A stretch of DNA of 64,000 bases. It comes from Podarcis vaucheri (taxonomy: Eukaryota). The stretch lies in assembly GCA_965113315.1 (NCBI GenBank), contig OZ220373.1. One strand, given 5' to 3'. Of this stretch, positions 61,063 to 64,000 are shown one piece after another. The translations under genes were made by a program, and so were the position numbers. The notes under the pieces were generated by a model, which saw nothing but the letters and a program-made list of their open reading frames with translations, ran no database searches and had not been told where the DNA came from. Positions within the stretch are counted from its first letter, which is position 1. Every line of letters begins with the position of its first letter.

Positions 61063-62159
61063 GTGAAAAGAGATTGGTTTTTGTGTGTGTGTTTGAAAAT
61101 AACACCAGCTACACCAGCAGCATGTGCACATTCATCAGTCTTGAACTAATAAACTTCATTTTATGTATGTCTTTAGTTGCATATAGTCACGCTGCAATCT
61201 TTTCCAAAGCATACAGTCCGCCATGGGAATAAACCACCAAACGTAATTTCATTTGTGTCCTTGTTCTTGTGGCGTGACAGTACGCAAACTACTAGCTAGA
61301 GATGCGTGGTGGCTAATATCCATGTAGTGGTCGAACTTCACTATTGGAGAACTATATGGATACAGCTATAGCAGACTTGTTTGGGCTACAAGACAAACAG
61401 AAAACCTAGGATTTCCTGCTCTTCCTTTGTGTTTATAATGGAGTTCTTGCGTACTTTTGAAATGTGTGCCTGTGTGGCTTGTGTGTGTATATATATATAT
61501 AGGCACTAGAGAATGCTTCAGGTCAAATTTTAGAATACTGGCTAATCCAGAGTAAAACATGTAACACTTGAGTTGAAGTGAGCAATTTACAGCTGTGTTG
61601 CTTGTGTTCTTTGAGAGCTTTAAAAAGCGCTTGTTGGTTTAATGATAGTAAAGCTGCTCCCGAGGTCTTACTTGCTATAAATTCTCTCTCCTGACTGAGA
61701 ATTCTCTCCCCTCTCTTTCCATTCTAATCCACCATTTAAATTGTTCTTCCCACATAATTCCTCAACACGTGGATTTTATAATTCCTTAACTGTCTGCCTG
61801 TGTTTATGCTCTGCTTCATTTCATTCTGCTAGCTTCACGGTTAATAAGCAATCTTGTGCCACACAAGAGTTAAGAATTCACTGGTCAATTAAAATACGGC
61901 TTTCAAAAAAGCCTCATGGGAGTCATAGTTTTATTTTTTTTACTCCTTAGCTATTGGTTCAAAATATTGCAATCACTATCAGTAACAGCTCTCAGGGGTT
62001 TGTTCTGCTGTAGCCAATGAATGTTCCCGAGGAGGAAAGTCCATTTCATCAACTTTGTTCATGCTGTTTCTGCTTGTAAATATTGTTGCATTCTAAGGAA
62101 TATCAATTTATTTTTAATATAATAATTGGCTTTTTCGTTTGACATTGTTCATATTGTAG

Positions 62160-62210
62160 GCAGCCCAAAAGGCCAAAGCAGAAGCTGAAAAAGCTGCACA
62201 GTTAGCTAAG
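62160..62210 (+). CDS. CAST: CAST exon 4: AAQKAKAEAEKAAQLAK
   Basis: TTGTAG acceptor, 51 nt, donor AAG|GTAAGG. KAEAEK resembles mammalian KTEPEK. Confidence 0.85.
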
Positions 62211-63363
62211 GTAAGGTAACATACATTTATGTTTTGAATTGCTGTGCCCTGAACTAATATCTCATAAGCATTTACATATGTGATGAAGCTCGCTTGTTTG
62301 ACTAATCATTATTTGTTTTAAACAAAAGTTCTGGGTTTCATAATCTATAATTCAGGGCCTTCTGAATGTGTTATGAGTCTTTTAGGTTGCTTCCAATGGG
62401 GTGTTGTAATGCCTATTCTGCAGCTTACAATAACTCTGAAAAAGAAAATAGTGGCTTCCTGACAGTAGCAGCTTGCCCAGTTGACTATCCCTGCCCATTT
62501 CCCATTTCCGCACAGTGTCAAAGGAAAGCAGCCTGGAATTAAGTTGCGCTGAAATCAGTGGAGATTACACTTAGTTCCTAGATGCATTTTAATAAGAGTA
62601 AATGAGCTCTTAGGGAAAAGCAGGATATAAAACAAGAGGAATAAATAGCTTCCATTATGCACTTAATCTGGTATAAACAAAAATGGTTTGTAAACTATGT
62701 ATCAGAAAATGAGCTTGCATTAGCACAGTGGCTGTTAGTTTTTAGGAACATTGCCTGTGCAAATGCATGTCCACAAGGATGTCAGTAAGGGGGGGGAAGA
62801 CAGCAGCACCAGGAGAGCAAATGATGCAAAGACCCTCCCCACACTCGGGGAATGAAGAGTTAGAATACAAGTCCCATAGTTACTGGGCACAAAATGAGTT
62901 GCACAGGGTCACTTAAAACCATGACGAAACCTGCACATATCACTTCTGCCTAGAAATAATGAGGCAGAGGCAGCCCATCCTATGATTCCCGTGAGTGTAT
63001 TTCGATCCTTCAGGAAGACTTGTCAGATGAAGGAGAAGTGGGCTGCAAGTCAGTGCAGATTCAGTTGAAGGCTTGCTTGCAGGGGCTGTGCTCATCACAG
63101 ATTCATTCAGATTTTGACATTCAGAGGGGGTGTTTACTTCACCAAGCACCCCTAATTTTAATGCAGTTGTGCTCATAGACATGTGATACAAATACAACTT
63201 ATGGATATTTGGACAACGTTCAGGCTTGTATTATTCCGTCATAGCGAAAATACTTTTGACTATTACTTTCTTCATTGTGCAGACTAGTTTGTTTACATTT
63301 TATCTGTAACTGTTTGTTTACATTTAAATTTGATCAATTATATTGCTATCTCTTTTCACACAG

Positions 63364-63420
63364 CCAGATGATTCTCAGTCTAAACGTTCATCAGAAGAGA
63401 AGCAAAAAGAGCCTGGAGGG
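63364..63420 (+). CDS. CAST: CAST exon 5: PDDSQSKRSSEEKQKEPGG
   Basis: TCTCTTTTCACACAG acceptor, 57 nt, donor GGG|GTAATT; followed by an 89-nt intron. Confidence 0.85.
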
Positions 63421-63509
63421 GTAATTTTTATTTTACTTACTAGGAGAGATAATTCTTTACAATGCAAATTTATGTAAGGTCATTCATCTTTTTATGTGTG
63501 TACATGTAG

Positions 63510-63623
63510 GCAAAAAGCCAAAGCAAACCTGTAGTGGAACCTAAGCAACCAAGTACTGGAAAAGTACCCTCTGGTCAGATTGACAAGACAACAACGCAGC
63601 TGACATCCAAAGAAGAACCAAAG
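63510..63623 (+). CDS. CAST: CAST exon 6: AKSQSKPVVEPKQPSTGKVPSGQIDKTTTQLTSKEEPK
   Basis: ATGTAG acceptor, 114 nt (38 codons), donor AAG|GTAAAA. Ends in EPK like the mammalian exon. Confidence 0.85.
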
Positions 63624-64000
63624 GTAAAATAGAAGCAGAAAACCCTTCTTCAGAAAGCTTTTGAGTGGCACTCCCAAGGTTAGGTATCTAAAGTGTTTGC
63701 CCCAAAGGATGGGACAAAAATTGAATAAAACCCAACTTTAACTGGACCAATGCATGGCTTAATACCATTTTATCATCATAAATAAGTTGAATAAATGATT
63801 TGCATTTTTCCTGCTTTTTTCTAGTTATAAATTAATATACTGTAATACATAAATACACTTGGATGTTTTTGTTTTTCTTTGCAGTAAAACAATCACAGAA
63901 CATTAATATAGTTCCCTGTAAGTGTTGAATAAAATGTGATTTCTTATAGATCTTTTTTTTTTTTTTTTTGCAAGGCTGACTTCGTAATGTCTGGCTATAT

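Larger units (their letters stand above)
30840..63623 (+). other. CAST: Calpastatin gene, 5' part (XL and L domains); continues beyond the window
   Basis: Nine phase-0 coding exons with canonical GT/AG sites join into an open S/K/E/P-rich frame. Diagnostic peptides MSQP-, MAFASWWY-, GDKKG, MKPSETK, KKQ and EPK occur in the same order as recalled mammalian calpastatin (MSQP, MAFASWWY, GEKKG, MNPTETK, KKQ, EPK). Confidence 0.93.

Noticed and set aside
63624-63678. Extension of exon 6 to AAG|GTTAGG at 63679
   Set aside because: In-frame TAG at 63630-63632; it would need a sequencing indel, and the 38-codon exon already fits the mammalian pattern.
63954-64000. CAST exon 7 after the poly-T tract (GCAAG|GCTGAC...)
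   Set aside because: Uncommon AAG acceptor, peptide ADFVMSGY not recognisable, and the window ends before any donor.

Overview
Vertebrate genomic DNA from a squamate reptile, most likely a lacertid lizard (judged from the repeats: Sauria SINE with an (ACCTTT)n tail, RTE-BovB, a tRNA-Lys/CR1 SINE, a MIR-like SINE). Bases 1-30,400 are repeat-rich intergenic sequence with no exon I can support. From about 30.5 kb to the end, the + strand carries the 5' part of calpastatin (CAST). I read two alternative coding first exons in separate CpG islands (1xa MSQPQKGK..., 1xb MAFASWWYAT), then exons 1y, 1z and 2-6, all phase 0 with GT-AG boundaries. A candidate internal 1u-type promoter lies near 50.9 kb. 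The calpain-inhibitory domains lie beyond the window. Nearly all ORF-track entries are spurious; the exception is a 5'-truncated BovB reverse-transcriptase fragment. The most unusual observations are (a) non-autonomous DNA transposons with CATA/CAGA termini and exact 6-bp target duplications, one family carrying a captured L2 3' tail, (b) nested insertions that order BovB, Sauria SINE, L2 and MITE activity, (c) a solo LTR almost filled by an ORF, (d) Penelope-type remnants with degenerate hammerhead cores, and (e) possible splice-regulatory structure in CAST. No prokaryote-type system or CRISPR array is present. Comparisons with mammalian proteins and repeat-family names are from memory and need database confirmation.
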